Of a DNA stretch of 64,000 nucleotides, positions 60,797 to 64,000 are shown one piece after another. The notes beneath the pieces were generated by a model. That model did no database searches, was not told the DNA's origin, and worked only from the letters and a program-made list of their open reading frames with translations. The DNA is taken from positions 40,548,001 to 40,612,000 of the forward strand of contig OX597837.1 of NCBI GenBank assembly GCA_951406725.2. The letters run 5' to 3'. Source of the stretch: Octopus vulgaris (lineage: Eukaryota). Both the position numbers and the translations under genes were made by a program. Position 1 is the first letter of the stretch. Each line of letters opens with the position of its first letter.

Positions 60797-61464
60797 CAAT
60801 TTATATATATATGATCAATTTATATATATATATTATATACATACATACACTAATATTCTTAGCAACATTCATGTACATTCACAACAGTACGTACTCACAA
60901 GCAGCACTCTGCACACAGATGCACACTCGCATAAATACACTTCGTGTATGCATTCGAACATTCTAGATAGAAATATTCCAACTAAGATTCCGTTTTGCTG
61001 CAAGGTTGTAATCTTTATCTTTCCTGTATCAAATACATCAAACCATCCTTCTTTGTCTAAATTTTGGCACATCTTTCATCTTCAAAATATCTACTCTCTT
61101 TTCTTGTGCCTCTCATCCTTATCTCTTTCTTTTACACTTACTCGCCAAAGTAAAGAACCTTACTTATTGCCCCTCTACCTTGAGAAATTATTCCCATATC
61201 ATATTACCATAAGTCAACATGCTACAAATTTTATGATGCATTTCAATTCCTTTGACGTTTGACATCAGTTTGGACAATAATTATTAACGTTGTCAGCTAA
61301 AGTGAGTTACTTCTGACCTTTCCAAAACTATTGGGAAAGTAAAAGATATTAGAGCGTTCATTTGTTAACATCTTTCACGAATTTCTCCCCTACGGACTAT
61401 ATTTCAACCGGGATAAGTATTTAAGAGTTATTCATATCTAGTAAAGACACCATGTGTTAAGTTT

Positions 61465-62043
61465 TAGCTTGCTTACCAACCACATGGTTCTGGGTTCAGT
61501 CCTACTGTGTGGCACCTTGAGCAAGTGTCTTCTACTATAGCCTCGGGCCGAACAAAGCCTTGTGAGTGGATTTGGTAGACGGAAAGTGAAAGAATCCCGT
61601 CGTATATATGTATATATATATATATATATGTGTGTGTGTGCTTGTATGTCTGTGTTTGTTCCCCCTAGCATTGCTTGACAATCGATGCTGGTGTGCTTAC
61701 GTCTCCGTAACTTAGCGGTTCGGCAATAGTGACCGATAGAATAAGCTCTAGGCTTACAAAGAATAAGTCCTGGGGTCAATTTGCTCGACTAAAGGCGGTG
61801 CTCCAGCATGGCCGCAGTCAAATGACTGAAACAAGCAAAAGAGTAAGAGAGTATTGCAAAAACCACTCTCAGAGAAATCCTTCGGTTGTTTGGTACGATA
61901 CTTGCTTCCTCATCACATGGTTCTTGGTTCAGTCCCACTGCATGGCACCTTGGACAAGTGTCTTCAGCTATAGCCTCGGGACGACCGACGCCTTGCGAGA
62001 GGATTTGGTAGACGGAAACTGAAACACGTTGCATATATGTGTG

Positions 62044-62078
<35 letters not shown>

Positions 62079-62305
62079 GTTTGTGTGTCTGTGTGTGCGT
62101 GTTTGTGTGTTATTATCTCCCAACACCGCATGAGAATTGGTGTTGGGTGTGTTTAAGTCACCGTTACATAGCGGTTCGGTAAATGGACCAATAGAATAAG
62201 AACTAGGCTTAAAAAAAAAGTTCTGGAGTCGATTCATTCGATTAAAATCTCTTCAAGGTGGTGCCTGCTACAGCATGGCCACAGTCTAATTGAAACAAAT
62301 AAAAA
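61465..62305 (+). mobile_element. Two tandem SINE group A copies (61465-61850 and 61900-62305)
   Basis: Body and tail motifs occur twice; the second copy is more diverged. Confidence 0.8.
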
Positions 62306-62317
62306 ATATCTATGTTG

Positions 62318-62382
<65 letters not shown>

Positions 62383-62434
62383 TATAAATATATGAAATTA
62401 TGGAGTTGAACGACCAATTAACAAAATTCCTTTA

Positions 62435-62517
62435 TTTTCGACATATGTTTCGAAGGCTGCATATTCCTAATTGCGAAGGAATAAGGAGTATATTATGCCG
62501 CTTTCTCATCAGGAAAA
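62435..62517 (-). ncRNA. Type I hammerhead with extended stem II, intact core
   Basis: Reverse strand TTTTC-CTGATGA-GAAAGCGGCATA...TATGCAGCCTTC-GAAA-CATATG-TC-GAAAA. Palindromic stem III ACAUAUGU and a GUC triplet. Confidence 0.87.
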
Positions 62518-62661
62518 GCAAGGAACTTATGTCAACATCAAGATGCACAAAAAACTTTTAGATGACTGCTCACACGGAGCCATATATATATATATATATA
62601 CATGCATAAAAATACACACACATACATACACAAACACTGTTATACATACATTCATTCATAC

Positions 62662-62692
<31 letters not shown>

Positions 62693-63264
62693 TACACGGC
62701 GGTCTGCCTGCCACTGCCATTCGCAAGGCTTTACTCGGCCCGTTATAGCGTATCAGCTTCACGAAAATCTTGATCAAGCACCTACGCACCTTCTCCAGGC
62801 CAAACTATCTTAGCTGCAAGGCCACGTTATCTTACGGGATTCCCCTCACACAAAACAGTAGAGTTTTGCATGAAGGAGATCTAAATACTCTTTCTACCAA
62901 ATCAAGTGACACAAGGTTGTCCATTTGTTGTTAGATATTAGCGACCGGTGTTCCTTAAACGACCAGTTAATATTCATCTCAGCTATAATGTAAACGATAT
63001 CGCTTACTGTTTTAAGATTTATACAAATTTCCTTTGGCACTGAAGCGAAAATTATATTTAATGACGCGAATTTGATAAAAGTTATTTAAATATTTTATAT
63101 GAAATCGTCCATTATTTGTTGATGATAACACGTTAACATATAAATTCAATGCAGAAATTTACTCAGCTAAATTCAAGATGGCGCTTATCTTGTTTTATTA
63201 TTATTATTATTATTGTTGTTGTTGTTGTTGTTATTGTTGTTGTTGTATATACGTGTATGCAAAA

Positions 63265-63485
63265 GGCGGTGAGCTGGCAGAACCGTTAGCACGCCGGGCG
63301 AAATTTCGTCTGCCGCTACGTTCTGAGTTCAAATTCCGCCGATGTCGACTTTGCCTTTCATCTTTTCGGGGTCGATTAAATAAGTACCAGTTAAGCTCTG
63401 GGGTCGATATAATGGACTTAATCCGTTTGTCTGTCCTTGTTTGTCCTCTCTGTGTTTAGCCCCTTGTGGGTAGTAAAGAAATAGG
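63265..63485 (+). mobile_element. tRNA-head SINE group B
   Basis: GGCGGTGAGCTGGCAGAA...GAGTTCAAATTCC (B box)...GTCGACTTTGCCTTTCATC...GGGGTCGAT, with tail GTGGGTAGTAAAGAAATAGG. Confidence 0.85.
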
Positions 63486-64000
63486 TGGTGTGAAGACTAA
63501 CACAAACACATATGTATAAATACACACACGCACATACACATGCAAATACCCACGCACATACAGACATAGGGTGACTGGCTTCAACACAATCTCCCTCAAC
63601 CAAATTCACTCGCGAGGCATTGGTCAGCTCGGGGCGATAAAAAAAGACACATTCCCAAGGTGCCACACAATGGGATTGAACTTAAAACCACGCTGATACA
63701 AAGCGAGCTTCTTAAATACACAATGGATAATTTTCATTTTGTTAAAAGCAAAAAAATTCCTCTGACTTAGCAATTATAAATTCTACAATATAACAATATT
63801 CAATTATTGTTTGTTTACTTCAGTACAAAGAAATTAATTAATCACCTAATTAACGTTGTTTAATAATTATTTCATTATCTAATATTGAGGTTACCAGGTT
63901 TTCCGGCATCGACAATGCTGCGATCGCGGAACACGCAACCGAATTTTGACTTAAATCTATCTCCATAGGTCTGGCCAAAAGTCACCCGACAGTAAATCAA

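Overview
This is AT-rich, repeat-saturated, non-coding eukaryotic DNA. It is most likely octopus/coleoid cephalopod, inferred from the microsatellite load and from tRNA-derived SINE families recognised from memory, not by database search. No intact protein-coding gene can be supported; the long ORFs in the track are (TA)n, (CA)n, (TACA)n, (TAA)n and (CAT)n read-throughs or SINE pieces. Contents: four tRNA-head SINE groups (more than 30 copies or fragments), two copies of a non-autonomous Helitron, mariner-derived MITEs, decayed RTE-type and Dong/R4-type LINE fragments, a 1.6-kb tandem duplication and several long fold-back palindromes, the largest 1.3 kb and nested. The main hidden signal is a dense set of type I hammerhead ribozyme motifs (stem I - CUGANGA - stem II - GAAA - short, often palindromic stem III - NUH - stem I'). 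About 9 have an intact or nearly intact core and about 7 are decayed. They belong to at least six different short (100-300 bp) non-coding element families that mostly sit against (TA)n tracts. This architecture matches Penelope-like element pseudo-LTRs or non-LTR retrozymes. The cleanest case is a ~280-bp, extensively self-complementary unit at 8720-9012. Coordinates were counted by hand; ends of decayed repeats are approximate.
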